A stretch of 64,000 nt of DNA from Hyphomicrobiales bacterium (GCA_013911885.1 JACESI010000004.1:170026-234025), one strand, 5' to 3'. Positions 18,746 to 28,617 are shown, numbered from the stretch's first letter. The notes: generated by a model from the sequence alone, not told the origin. A program made the numbers and translations.

Positions 18746-20578
18746 CTATCCGGCGCGCACCGTTGAGAGGAATTCGGCAACCTCGCTCGAGAGCATATCG
18801 GCGGTCCGGCTCAGTTCATCGGCAGCGGTGAGCATCTCGTTTGCCGAGTTTGCGACACCGCCGGTCGCATCGCTGATCGAGGCGATGCTGCGGGTGACAT
18901 TCTTGTTGCTCTCGGCGAAATAATTGACGCTCTCGGCGATTTCGTCGGTCGCTTTCGACTGTTCCTTGACGGCGCTCGCGATGCCATGGGAAATCGTGCT
19001 GAGTTCCTCGATGATTGTCGAGGTCAGAGCGATGGCGTTCATCGAGGCTTCTGTACCGGACTGGATCGCCAGAATTTGCTGCGAAATTTCGGCAGTTGCT
19101 TTTTCGGTCTGGCTGGCAAGGGATTTCACCTCGGAGGCGACAACGGCAAAGCCGCGTCCGGCGTCGCCTGCACGGGCGGCCTCGATTGTCGCGTTAAGGG
19201 CGAGAAGGTTGGTCTGGCCCGCAATATCCTGGATAAGATTGACGATGGAGCCGATTGCCTCGGCAGTCTGAGCAAGTTTTGACACTTCGCCCACGGTATC
19301 CTTTGTTGCCGTCGAGACATGGATCGCCTTTTCGGCGGATTCATTTGCGCGACGGCCGATTTCCTGAACCGACGAGGCAAGTTCCTCTGCGGCGGCGGCG
19401 ATGGTTTGAAGGCTGGAGTCAGCGTCATTGGCAATATTCATGACAACTCCTGACTGTGTGCTCATGTCGGAGACGGACTGGCTCATGGATTGTGCCGTTC
19501 CACGCTGCTGGCTGGCACCTGAGGATACGCTGCCGACAATCGTGCCGACGCTCTGCTCGAAGCGGTCTGCCAGATCGTGCAGAACCGCACGCTGATGAAG
19601 GGCGGCTTCTTCGCGTTCCTTGAGGCGGGCTGCCTCGAGATCGCGGTTCTCGAGCATATTGGTGCGGAAGAATTCCATCGAGTGCGAGAGATCACGGATT
19701 TCGTTGATGCTCGCTTTCGGCAGGGTCACATCGAGTTCGCCATTGGCAAGCGATGTCAGCGCGCGAACGGCGGATTTCATCGGTCGCGCAATCGAGAGAT
19801 AAGACGTCAATATCGCCGCGATGATAATTGCGACCAGCAGAATGCTGACGCCGAGAATGGTGGCCCGGTTCGTGGCAATCGTGCTGTCGATGACGCTCTG
19901 CGTCATCGCATTGAAGTTCTCTTTGGTGAGACGTTCGACAGCAACCGAGACATCGACCAGCATCTGCGATGCGCGGGTGAGACGGCTGACCGCGGCTTCC
20001 ATCTTGAAGCGTTCTTCGAACAGGTAGTTGGCGCGAGCGCTGTCAAGCGCATTCTGGGCAAGGAGAAGATTGGTCCGCTCATGGGTTTCAACCGCGAGGA
20101 CCAGCAGTTTTTCGACAATGCCAGTGTTGCGCAACACATAGGCGAATTTGCGGATCAATTCCGTTTCGTCGGTTTTCTCGATGATCTCCTGCACTGGCTG
20201 AAGAGCGGAAATGGCTTCTTTATAGGACGTGACGACTTCGTTCATATGCTTGATGCGTGCCTGATCAGCGCCCAGGGCCGACACGTCATTGCGCAGAAGG
20301 CCAAGTTGCTGCTCCGTCGCGACCGCACTGGTGATTGCGATGAGTTCACTCGAAGCGACAAGGGCCGCCTGAATGTTCGCCTGTGTTTCCATGACCAGAT
20401 TCGATTGCCCGGAGACATGATTGAGCGATTTGATCATGGTGCTGGTCGTCTTGTTCGATTGCCAGATCAGGCCCGCGCCGAGGATCAGGGCGGGCAGAAG
20501 CACCAGACCGAGGATGCGTGTGGTGAAGCCATTCAAAACGGATTTGCCCCTGAGAGACTGCGTGGCAGCGATCGTCAT
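18746..20578 (-). CDS. methyl-accepting chemotaxis protein
   Basis: 610 aa. Has two TM segments flanking a roughly 210-aa helical periplasmic region, a HAMP domain, and the conserved signalling hairpin [34 protein letters not shown]. Confidence 0.93.
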   Translation of the reverse strand: MTIAATQSLRGKSVLNGFTTRILGLVLLPALILGAGLIWQSNKTTSTMIKSLNHVSGQSNLVMETQANIQAALVASSELIAITSAVATEQQLGLLRNDVSALGADQARIKHMNEVVTSYKEAISALQPVQEIIEKTDETELIRKFAYVLRNTGIVEKLLVLAVETHERTNLLLAQNALDSARANYLFEERFKMEAAVSRLTRASQMLVDVSVAVERLTKENFNAMTQSVIDSTIATNRATILGVSILLVAIIIAAILTSYLSIARPMKSAVRALTSLANGELDVTLPKASINEIRDLSHSMEFFRTNMLENRDLEAARLKEREEAALHQRAVLHDLADRFEQSVGTIVGSVSSGASQQRGTAQSMSQSVSDMSTQSGVVMNIANDADSSLQTIAAAAEELASSVQEIGRRANESAEKAIHVSTATKDTVGEVSKLAQTAEAIGSIVNLIQDIAGQTNLLALNATIEAARAGDAGRGFAVVASEVKSLASQTEKATAEISQQILAIQSGTEASMNAIALTSTIIEELSTISHGIASAVKEQSKATDEIAESVNYFAESNKNVTRSIASISDATGGVANSANEMLTAADELSRTADMLSSEVAEFLSTVRAG

Positions 20579-20587
20579 GACCTGTTC

Positions 20588-21538
20588 CTACTTGCTGGTT
20601 GCGAGAGCATTGAGGTGAAGACGTGCCTCGGCGATGATATTCGTCACATCCGTCGGAGTCTTGCCGGATTGGATCGGCGGCAGAACCAGTTCCTGGCTGT
20701 AACCGAGCTTGATGTTGAGGGCATAGACGTCGGCGAGCGCATATTGTGTCGCCAGAAGCACATGCCCAGGTGTCACGCTCGATCCCCGGGGGGCGGGTGG
20801 GGGCGGTGTGATACCATTCGGCAGGGCAAAATCTGCGTTTGACTTTGAAAGTTTGTCGAGATCATCGATCAGCTTGACGGTTTCCTTCAGCGCGTTTGCC
20901 GGCGTTGCTTTGGTGACGCGGGTTGGTTTCCCGGTAGGCTTGACGTTGCGTTTAGCGGTCATGGCCTTGGCCTGTTCACCAATGCTGAGGGCGATGCGGT
21001 AAACGTCGTTCGGCAACGGGCGGGGCGTGCCCAGTTTCTGCAACCCATCATTGACCGTGCGAAGGCGCGCCAAAACGTCCGCAGGCTTTTTCTCGCCAGT
21101 GATCGCAGGTGCTGGAATATCGAGATCGACATTATAGATCGGCGCCAGTTCCTTGAGCGAGGCGATGGTCGCCTCCAGAACCCTGACAACATCTCCCGGA
21201 GTGACGTCCTTTGCTTCGGTTCTGATGCCTTCTCCAGTCGCAAGACCGTTGATTTCGCGCAGGAATTGAGCGTTTTCATAGGTGTAGGTCGCAAGCCGAT
21301 AGACATGGCGCGGCCGTGCCGCGGGGACCTGCGGATCGTCGCCAAGATTGCTGTCGAGAAGATCGCTCTCAAGCAGTCGGGAAATCATCAGGCCCAGATG
21401 TTCAGCGCGCTGAAAAGCGTCGCCAGGTGTTGCCGCCTCGGCTGTCGAAAACAACGGGAGAGTTGAAAAAGTAAGGACAGTCGAAAAGATTGCCAGAAAA
21501 AGTAAGCGCGTCAATTTGCGCTGAATGAGAGATACCAT
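20588..21538 (-). CDS. secreted helical-repeat protein, family not recognised
   Basis: 316 aa. Signal peptide ends at ..LPLFSTAEA. At least eight repeats open with (T)P-x-(D/H/N)-(V/A). The stop lies 9 nt before the MCP start, inside its RBS. Confidence 0.75.
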   Translation of the reverse strand: MVSLIQRKLTRLLFLAIFSTVLTFSTLPLFSTAEAATPGDAFQRAEHLGLMISRLLESDLLDSNLGDDPQVPAARPRHVYRLATYTYENAQFLREINGLATGEGIRTEAKDVTPGDVVRVLEATIASLKELAPIYNVDLDIPAPAITGEKKPADVLARLRTVNDGLQKLGTPRPLPNDVYRIALSIGEQAKAMTAKRNVKPTGKPTRVTKATPANALKETVKLIDDLDKLSKSNADFALPNGITPPPPAPRGSSVTPGHVLLATQYALADVYALNIKLGYSQELVLPPIQSGKTPTDVTNIIAEARLHLNALATSK

Positions 21539-21864
21539 GATGGCCCCTTGAACCTGACTGCTTTGGAGTTTTCAGGCCCAATTTTTACGGTTTGAATCTC
21601 TATAAACAATTAACCGTCTTCCGAAGTAATACGTGTCGGGTTTTCGTCCATTCATGCATTGCCGGGAACGCAGAGGTTGCCCGAAACAAGTTGAAGAATT
21701 TCAGAACGTGTGATTGTCCGTGGATTATCACGACAATGAAGAGCGAGATTCGCTGGGCTGCATTTACCCAAAACACGCCCGATGCCCCTATCATCACAAG
21801 AACGGACAACGCGTTGAGATAATTATCAGTATCTGCCCATATTCTAAAGCCTGCGGGCGCGCCC

Positions 21865-22452
21865 TCAGCGGTTTTGGCCGGGAACCCAGAGCACATCGCC
21901 GTCAGCCTTTGCATTGGCATAGCGACTTGCCACAAAGAAGAAATCCGACAGGCGGTTCACATATTTCGTTGCCGCCTCGCTTACTTCATGATCGCCAACC
22001 TGTGCGAGCGCTACCATCAGCCGTTCGGCACGCCGTGCAACGGTGCGGGCAAGATGCAATCCGGCGGCAGCCGGTGTGCCGCCCGGCAGAACGAATGAGC
22101 GCAGCGGTGCGAGATCGGCGTTCAACTGGTCGATCTCGCGCTCGATCCGGCTGACCTGGCTCTCGATGATGCGCAGCGGCTCATAACCCAGATCCTCGCC
22201 TGTATCCGGCGTTGCAAGATCGGCACCCAGATCGAAAAGATCATTCTGGATGCGCGCAAGCATGGCATCGAGTTCTTTCAAAACCGGCACTTTCGCGGTT
22301 TCAAGCCGGACAAGGCCAAGACAGGCATTGGTCTCGTCGATGGTGCCATAGGCTTCGATCCTGAGATCGTTTTTCGGTCTGCGCTCCCCGTTGCCGAGGG
22401 CCGTCGTGCCCGCATCGCCGGTCTTGGTGTAGATCTTGTTCAGGACGACCAT
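21865..22452 (-). CDS. PduO-type ATP:cob(I)alamin adenosyltransferase
   Basis: 195 aa. N-terminus is NKIYTKTGDAGTTALGNG, followed by the typical helical bundle. Confidence 0.9.
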   Translation of the reverse strand: MVVLNKIYTKTGDAGTTALGNGERRPKNDLRIEAYGTIDETNACLGLVRLETAKVPVLKELDAMLARIQNDLFDLGADLATPDTGEDLGYEPLRIIESQVSRIEREIDQLNADLAPLRSFVLPGGTPAAAGLHLARTVARRAERLMVALAQVGDHEVSEAATKYVNRLSDFFFVASRYANAKADGDVLWVPGQNR

Positions 22453-22454
22453 GA

Positions 22455-22646
22455 TTACTTTCCGAAAATATAGAGTCCGAGGAGAAGCACGCCAATGGCG
22501 ATGGCCTGCAGGAGGATGCGCATCCGCATCAGCTTTTGCGACAGGTTCGGCGAGCCGCCTGTTGCAAGATTTTTTAGCCCTAGAAAGAGCACGATGGCAA
22601 CGCTTGCAAGCGCGATCGCGATGATGATCTTGTAGAAACTATCCAA
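22455..22646 (-). CDS. twin transmembrane helix small protein (HIG1-like)
   Basis: 63 aa with two TM helices and GLKNLATGG..SQKLMRMRILLQ. Lies 2 nt upstream of the adenosyltransferase gene. Confidence 0.8.
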   Translation of the reverse strand: MDSFYKIIIAIALASVAIVLFLGLKNLATGGSPNLSQKLMRMRILLQAIAIGVLLLGLYIFGK

Positions 22647-22772
22647 TCTAAACCCCTTTGTATTGAGTCCTATATGACGCGGACCAGTGCGTCAGTAAAG
22701 CTTATGCAAGGCTACTAAAGGCCGGTGGCCGGCAAAGTTGCTGATCCTCACCGTGGCTATTGGATTTGCCGA

Positions 22773-23603
22773 TCAGTTTTTCGCAAACAACCGTTCCGCG
22801 CTTGCTGTCGGCATGAGCCGGCGGACGGCATCTGCGATATATGTCGGAATTGTCACCGAATAGATTGCTTTCGGCCGGGTGGCTTCTGTTGCATGAATGA
22901 GTTTTGTGAGAACCGCTTCCGGGCCGAGTTTGAAGCGCGAGGATTTCGGCCCTTTCTCGAGCCGCGCAAGGCTCGCCTGGTAATCTGCGGCATGAACCGT
23001 GCCGGTGAGGTCGATTTTTTCACGCAGCACCTTGAGGGCGGTCGCCATGAATTCCGAGCGGATTGGCCCCGGGCGGATCCTTGCGACATGGATGTTGAAT
23101 GGCGCAAGCTCCATGCGCATCGAACTTGCCATGGCCTCGATCGCATGTTTCGTGGCTGCATAAGGCGCGCGGTGTTTGCCGGAAACAATGCCGAGGACTG
23201 ACGAGCATTGAATGATCCGGCCGCCGCCTTGCGCGCGCATCACGGGTATTACCTGGCGCGTCAGATCATGCCAGCCAAAGAAATTGGCCTCGAACTGTTC
23301 GCGCAGATCCGCGGTCTTGATGTCTTCCACGGCACCGAGAAGGCCATAGGCGCCATTGTTGAAAAGCGCATCGAGCCTGCCGCCGGTCGCAGACAGAACC
23401 GACTGAAGGCAGGCTGCGATCGAGGCTTCATCCCGATAATCGAGATGGAAGCTCTCCAGCCCTTCCGCCTGCAACCGTTTCAGATCATCGTCCGTGCGGG
23501 CGGTTGCTAGAACGCGCCACCCCCGGGACTTCATGCCATGGGCGCAATGATGGCCGATGCCGGTTGAGCAACCGGTTATGAGAATGGCTTTTCCTGTCAT
23601 CAC
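22773..23603 (-). CDS. SDR family oxidoreductase
   Basis: 276 aa with TGCSTGIG, NNGAYG and YAATKHA. Its start overlaps the upstream EamA stop by 4 nt. Confidence 0.9.
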   Translation of the reverse strand: MMTGKAILITGCSTGIGHHCAHGMKSRGWRVLATARTDDDLKRLQAEGLESFHLDYRDEASIAACLQSVLSATGGRLDALFNNGAYGLLGAVEDIKTADLREQFEANFFGWHDLTRQVIPVMRAQGGGRIIQCSSVLGIVSGKHRAPYAATKHAIEAMASSMRMELAPFNIHVARIRPGPIRSEFMATALKVLREKIDLTGTVHAADYQASLARLEKGPKSSRFKLGPEAVLTKLIHATEATRPKAIYSVTIPTYIADAVRRLMPTASAERLFAKN

Positions 23604-24481
23604 GCGATCCTTGCCGTCTTTTTGAAAAAGAAGTCGGAGGCAAGCGCCACGGCGGCCGTGGTGATCGCCATGCCGACGATTTGGATAGGGGTCAGGACTT
23701 CATGGAAGAGGATATAGCCTTGAATCGCGGAAGATACAGGGACCAGATAAAAAACGCTTGCGACTTTGGAGGCTTCGCCCTGTTGCAGGAGATACATGTA
23801 AAGTGTGAATGCGCCACAGGAAAGGATCAGCGTCATCCATGCATAGCCGAAGGCGAGCGATGGCGAATAGGTGAAGGCAAATTGTTCGGTCATCAGGGCG
23901 ATGGGAAGGGCAATCAGAAGGCCGCCGATGAGTTGCAATCCGGGTTCGGTTTTGAAATTCATCACCCCGACATAACGCTTCTGGAACAGCGAGCCAAGCA
24001 CGATTGCAAGCACTGCCACTGCGTGCGCGATCAGGGTTGCAGGCGTGATCCCGGTCGCGTCTAAGGTGAATTTCGGCGAGATCACGAGCGCGCAGCCGCC
24101 GAGACCGATTAAAAGACCGAGCCAGTGGCGCGGGCGGATCACTTCGCCCAGAAGCGGGCTTGCGAGAAGGGCGGTCACAAGCGGCTGAAGTCCGATCAGA
24201 AGGGCGCTGATACCGGCAGGCATGCCGTGTTTGATGCCCCAGAAAACCGCCGAGAGATAAAGCCCGTGGATCAGGGTGCCGGACAGGATGATGACGCCCG
24301 CCCGGCGCGGCGTTGGCCACCGGCCGCGGCTGAGGAGACCAAACAGGAAAAGCAAACCCGCCGCCCCGGCAAAACGCAAGGTCAGAATCGACAAAGGTTC
24401 AGCATAAGGCGCAACAAGGGCCGCGACGACATAGCCGGTTGACCACAGAAAGACGAAGAGAAGGGGGAGTGCGACAGCCAT
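23600..24481 (-). CDS. DMT/EamA-family transporter
   Basis: ORF 23600..24538 begins with TTG; the first ATG is at 24481 (MAVALPLLFV). About ten hydrophobic segments. Confidence 0.85.
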   Translation of the reverse strand: MAVALPLLFVFLWSTGYVVAALVAPYAEPLSILTLRFAGAAGLLFLFGLLSRGRWPTPRRAGVIILSGTLIHGLYLSAVFWGIKHGMPAGISALLIGLQPLVTALLASPLLGEVIRPRHWLGLLIGLGGCALVISPKFTLDATGITPATLIAHAVAVLAIVLGSLFQKRYVGVMNFKTEPGLQLIGGLLIALPIALMTEQFAFTYSPSLAFGYAWMTLILSCGAFTLYMYLLQQGEASKVASVFYLVPVSSAIQGYILFHEVLTPIQIVGMAITTAAVALASDFFFKKTARIA

Positions 24482-24620
24482 CCGCGAGCATTTGCAGGAG
24501 TAAAGCCAGAATGCAAACCGGTTTTTCGCGCCTTTCAAATATTTATTTTGATGGCACAGGCAGCCTCCACTGCTATGACAGGACTTGTTGCCCTTCTCTC
24601 CCGTGCCTTATCGTTTCGCC

Positions 24621-25586
24621 ATGTGGTCTCTGCTTCAAATCATTTTGCCGGTCTGCGGCCTGATCGCGGTCGGTACCGCCACCCGCGTGTTCGGTCTGGT
24701 GCGGGCGGATGCCGATGAGACTATTGGCGATTTCGTTTTCAAGATTGCAATCCCCTGCCTCCTCTTCCGGCTGATTGCAACCGCCAATCTGGAAGACATC
24801 GACCCCTGGCGGATATGGGGCACCTATTTTATCAGCGTCGCTCTGGTCTGGCTGATGGCAGGCGTGCTGCTTCCGATTCTCTTCAAGCGGGAGATGCTCT
24901 ACGGCGTGATCGGCAGTGTCGCCTCGACCTTTGCCAACACCGTCATGATCGGCATTCCGGTGATCATGCAGGCTTATGGCGAGCGCGGCATGGTGGCGTT
25001 CACCATCCTGCTCTCTGTCCATCTGCCGGTGATGCTTTTTGCTACCACGCTGCATCATGATCTGGCGCAATGGATTGACGGCAAAGGCGGCATTGAGGGG
25101 CAGACACTTTTTCAGAAAGTATCGAAATTCGTTCTGAGTATCGTCAAGAACCCGATCCTGATCGGAATCATGCTCGGCGCGCTGGTCCGCCTTTCCGGTC
25201 TGACAATGCCTGCAATCCTGCTTGATGTGACCGGAAAAATATCAGCGGTTGCAGGGCCAATGGCGCTGATCGTCCTCGGCATGGGCCTCACGCGGTATGG
25301 CATCAAGGGCAATATCGGACCGGCGTTCGTTACGACTTTTCTCAAGCTGATGGTTCATCCGGCGCTGGTGTTTGTCCTGGGTGCGATGGTGTTTGATCTG
25401 CCGCCGATCTTTACCGCGAGCCTCGTCATCACGGCTGCCTCGCCCGCCGGGGTGAACTCGTATCTTTTCGCGCAGCATTTCGGCACCGGGCAGGCCCTGT
25501 CTTCGAATTCAATTTCGATCTCGACGGTCGGCTGCGTTCTGACCATGACCTTCTGGCTTGCCGTGCTCGCCGCTTATTTCAACTGA
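24621..25586 (+). CDS. AEC (auxin efflux carrier) family transporter
   Basis: ORF 24585..25586 (TTG) trimmed to the ATG at 24621 (MWSLLQIILPV). Multi-TM with AEC-like layout. Confidence 0.85.
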   Translation: MWSLLQIILPVCGLIAVGTATRVFGLVRADADETIGDFVFKIAIPCLLFRLIATANLEDIDPWRIWGTYFISVALVWLMAGVLLPILFKREMLYGVIGSVASTFANTVMIGIPVIMQAYGERGMVAFTILLSVHLPVMLFATTLHHDLAQWIDGKGGIEGQTLFQKVSKFVLSIVKNPILIGIMLGALVRLSGLTMPAILLDVTGKISAVAGPMALIVLGMGLTRYGIKGNIGPAFVTTFLKLMVHPALVFVLGAMVFDLPPIFTASLVITAASPAGVNSYLFAQHFGTGQALSSNSISISTVGCVLTMTFWLAVLAAYFN

Positions 25587-26422
25587 TCAAGGATGATATC
25601 CGCGGTGCGGTCATCCCAGCCGATAAGCGCACAGATATCCGCAGGGCCCGCCCCTTTCGCACGCAGGGCCGAAAGACCTGTCGCCTTGGTTGATTTTGAA
25701 AGCTTCTCGCCTGCTTCATCCAGGATCAGCGGATGATGGTGATAGATGGGGCTTGGAAGGTCCAGAAGCGCTTGCAAGAGAAGATGGACGGATGTCGCCC
25801 TTTCAAGGTCGCGACCCCGCACCACATGGGTGATGCCTTGCGCGGCATCATCGATGACGACAGCAAGATGATAGCTCGTCGGCACTTCCTTGCGTGCTAT
25901 GAGCACATCGCCCCAGCGCGCCGCATGCTTTATGTCGCAGAGAGTTAAAGCTTTCGCCATGTCGAGCCGCCATGCAAAAGGTCGCCCGCCCTGCATTTCC
26001 GCGTTGCGGCGCAGGGTGCCCCATGACTTTTCCTGACCGGGATAATGCGCCGCTCCGTCCGGGTCATGCGGCCAAGTATGGCGGTCGCCGATTGCGGCCT
26101 TGATTTCGTTGCGGCTCAGAAAAGCAGGGTAAAGAAGGTCCCGCGCATGCAGCGCGGCGAGGGCGCTTTCATAGGCGGCAAAGCGCTCCGACTGGCGCAG
26201 GATCGGCGTTTCCCAGGTAAGGCCCAGCCATTCGAGATCCTCAAGCATCGCAGCTTCCAGAGCAGGCGAGCAGCGCGTCAGGTCGATATCCTCCATGCGC
26301 AGAAGAAAGCGTCCGCCTGTCCTTTGCGCAAGAGCATGGTTCAGAAGCGCCGAATAGGCGTGCCCAAGATGAAGCGCCCCGTTCGGACTTGGCGCAAAGC
26401 GAAAGACAGGTTTTTGCGACAT
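25574..26422 (-). CDS. gluQ: tRNA glutamyl-Q(34) synthetase
   Basis: 282 aa. A truncated GluRS-like catalytic domain with FAPSPNGALHLGH (HIGH) and KLSKS, and no anticodon-binding domain. Confidence 0.9.
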   Translation of the reverse strand: MSQKPVFRFAPSPNGALHLGHAYSALLNHALAQRTGGRFLLRMEDIDLTRCSPALEAAMLEDLEWLGLTWETPILRQSERFAAYESALAALHARDLLYPAFLSRNEIKAAIGDRHTWPHDPDGAAHYPGQEKSWGTLRRNAEMQGGRPFAWRLDMAKALTLCDIKHAARWGDVLIARKEVPTSYHLAVVIDDAAQGITHVVRGRDLERATSVHLLLQALLDLPSPIYHHHPLILDEAGEKLSKSTKATGLSALRAKGAGPADICALIGWDDRTADIILDQLK

Positions 26423-26473
26423 GGTACAGACCTTATTGCTCAGGGATTGCGCATGGGCTAAAGGATTCTGGCC

Positions 26474-27118
26474 ATGTCATCCCTTGAAACGCCAGACGAT
26501 ATTGCGCGCGGTCTTGAAGCGCTTGTGGTTCTTGATCCCCGGTTGCGGGATGTCGTCGCGGCGGCGGGTCCTGTGCCGCTCCGCCGCCGCGCGCCGACAC
26601 TCGCCAATCTCATGAAAATCGTCATCTCGCAACAGGTGTCGGTTGCGAGTGCTTCCGCGATCTGGACGCGCTTTGAGGCGGCCTTTCCGGATGATGCGGT
26701 TTTCCGGGTCCATTTGGCGGGCGATGATGCGCTCGGTGCGGTCGGCCTTTCGCGACCGAAAGCAAAGACGTTGCGGGCGCTCGCCGCCGCCACCGCTGAT
26801 GGTCGCCTTGATTGTTCCGCCCTTGTCGGCCTGCCGACATCCGAGGTGCGCGCGCAACTCATCGCGCTTCACGGCATCGGGCCATGGACCGCGGAAATCT
26901 TTGCGCTCTTCTGCCTTGGCGACCCGGATATCTTTCCGCTTGGCGATATCGCCCTCCAGCAGGCGATTGCCGATGCCTTCAGCCTGCCCGCGCGGCCAAC
27001 CGGGGTGGCGCTTGAAGCGATCATTGCCGCATGGGCGCCGTTTCGCGGGGTTGCCGCCCATCTGTTCTGGGCTTATTACGCTCAGACACGCAAAAATCGC
27101 GCCGTCCTTCCGGTGTGA
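26474..27118 (+). CDS. DNA-3-methyladenine glycosylase II family protein (HhH-GPD)
   Basis: 214 aa. HhH-GPD region LHGIGPWTAEIFALFCLGDPDIFPLGDIALQ. Confidence 0.85.
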   Translation: MSSLETPDDIARGLEALVVLDPRLRDVVAAAGPVPLRRRAPTLANLMKIVISQQVSVASASAIWTRFEAAFPDDAVFRVHLAGDDALGAVGLSRPKAKTLRALAAATADGRLDCSALVGLPTSEVRAQLIALHGIGPWTAEIFALFCLGDPDIFPLGDIALQQAIADAFSLPARPTGVALEAIIAAWAPFRGVAAHLFWAYYAQTRKNRAVLPV

Positions 27119-27154
27119 TTTCCAAGTACCCGTTCGAGATTTTCAGGAGTTCTC

Positions 27155-27820
27155 ATGTCCCACGCCGCGCTCGATGGCCCCCGCCTTGCCGCTGTTTCCG
27201 GTGTCACCAGGTCGCTCGTCATTTTTCTTCATGGTTATGGCTCAAACGGCAGTGATCTGATCGAGATCGGCAAGCAATGGTCCCCGGATTTTCCGCATAC
27301 CGCCTTTGTCGGGGTGCATGCGCCGGAACCATGCCCGATGGCACCGGGCGGCAGGCAATGGTTCGCTCTCAGCCACAATCCGGGCGGCATGCGAAGACCC
27401 GATGAATATTGGGAGGGGGTCTGCCATTCCGAAGCGGTGCTTCATGGTTTTATCGAGACCGAGTTGCGCCGGCATGGGCTGGATGAGAGCCGGTGCGTGC
27501 TTGTTGGCTTTTCTCAGGGAACGATGATGGCACTTCATGTCGGACTGCGTCGCGAAAGGGCGCTTGCTGGCATTATCGCCTATTCGGGCGTTCTTGCCGG
27601 ACCTGAAAAGCTTCAATCAACCCTGAAAAGCAAGCCGCCCGTTCTCCTCGTTCATGGCGCGGATGATCCGGTCATCCCCGTCGAAGCGCTGTATCTCGCG
27701 AGGGCGGCTTTGCAGGAGGTCGAGATCGAGCCGGAATGGCACATCGCCGCAGACCTTGGCCACGGGGTTGATTCGCTCGGCCTGATGCTCGGGCACAATT
27801 TCCTGCGCCGTGTGCTCTGA
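27155..27820 (+). CDS. alpha/beta hydrolase, phospholipase/carboxylesterase family
   Basis: 221 aa with the GFSQG nucleophile elbow, LLVHGADDPVIP, and a C-terminal His in DLGHGV. Confidence 0.85.
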   Translation: MSHAALDGPRLAAVSGVTRSLVIFLHGYGSNGSDLIEIGKQWSPDFPHTAFVGVHAPEPCPMAPGGRQWFALSHNPGGMRRPDEYWEGVCHSEAVLHGFIETELRRHGLDESRCVLVGFSQGTMMALHVGLRRERALAGIIAYSGVLAGPEKLQSTLKSKPPVLLVHGADDPVIPVEALYLARAALQEVEIEPEWHIAADLGHGVDSLGLMLGHNFLRRVL

Positions 27821-27996
27821 CAGGTCAGTGAGCAATCGCAACGGCGCCAGGTCCTGCCTCGGGGAAATCGTTATAAACCGCTGGATTGAAAGATTTTAAG
27901 ACGTTAAAACAATTCCTGGAAATGATGACGCAAAAGCTTCACATCCGTTTCGTAGACCGGAGATAGCGGACTACGAAAAAGCCATGGGAGAACACC

Positions 27997-28554
27997 TTGA
28001 CGATCCACGTCTCGCCCGACGCTCATCCTACGCTGGTTCTCAATGCAGATTATCGTCCGCTAAGTTATTATCCTCTCTCCCTCTGGTCTTGGCAGGATGC
28101 CATCAAGGCGGTCTTTCTTGATCGTGTGAATATCGTTTCCGAATATGACCATGCGGTGCGCAGCCCCTCGATGGAATTCCGCATTCCGAGCGTCGTGTCG
28201 CTGAAGACCTATATCAAGCCGGCGCGCTATCCGGCCTTTACCCGCTTCAACGTCTTTCTGCGGGATCGTTTCGAATGCCAGTATTGCGGCGCGTCCCACG
28301 ATCTCACATTCGATCATCTGGTGCCGCGCTCGAAAGGTGGTCTTACGACCTGGGAAAACGTGGTGACGGCCTGTTCGCCCTGTAATCTCAGGAAGGGCAA
28401 CAAATACGCCCATGTGATTGGCATGAATCCACGCCATAAACCGTTCCGCCCGACGGTGTTCGATCTGCACAACAACGGCCGCCTGTTCCCGCCAAACCAT
28501 CTGCATGAAAGCTGGATGGACTATCTTTACTGGGATGCGGAACTCGAACCATAA
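27997..28554 (+). CDS. HNH endonuclease domain protein
   Basis: 185 aa with a TTG start 6 nt after GGGAGA. C-terminal HNH motif is CQYCG...DHLVPRSKGGLTTWENVVTACSPCNLRKGN. The roughly 95-aa N-terminal region is unassigned. Confidence 0.85.
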   Translation: MTIHVSPDAHPTLVLNADYRPLSYYPLSLWSWQDAIKAVFLDRVNIVSEYDHAVRSPSMEFRIPSVVSLKTYIKPARYPAFTRFNVFLRDRFECQYCGASHDLTFDHLVPRSKGGLTTWENVVTACSPCNLRKGNKYAHVIGMNPRHKPFRPTVFDLHNNGRLFPPNHLHESWMDYLYWDAELEP

Positions 28555-28617
28555 GGCGCGCGTTCGGGGCAACTCGGCTATTTTGGTGATAATAACGCTG
28601 GAAACGGTGCTGCGCGC

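Noticed and set aside
19577-20842. 421-aa plus-strand ORF antisense to the MCP and the repeat-protein gene
   Set aside because: It crosses the boundary of two well-supported minus-strand genes. Its composition is Arg-rich and featureless. I treat it as an antisense artefact.
13582-21864. Idea that the rhomboid-to-MCP block is an insertion between etfBA-hbd and the adenosyltransferase/HIG1 pair
   Set aside because: The idea rests only on a vague memory of synteny in other genomes. I saw no flanking repeats, tRNA, integrase or clear compositional break, so it cannot be supported from this sequence.
27894-27909. Palindrome TTTTAA-GACG-TTAAAA upstream of the HNH gene
   Set aside because: It is AT-only and short, and such sequences are expected by chance in an AT-rich promoter region.
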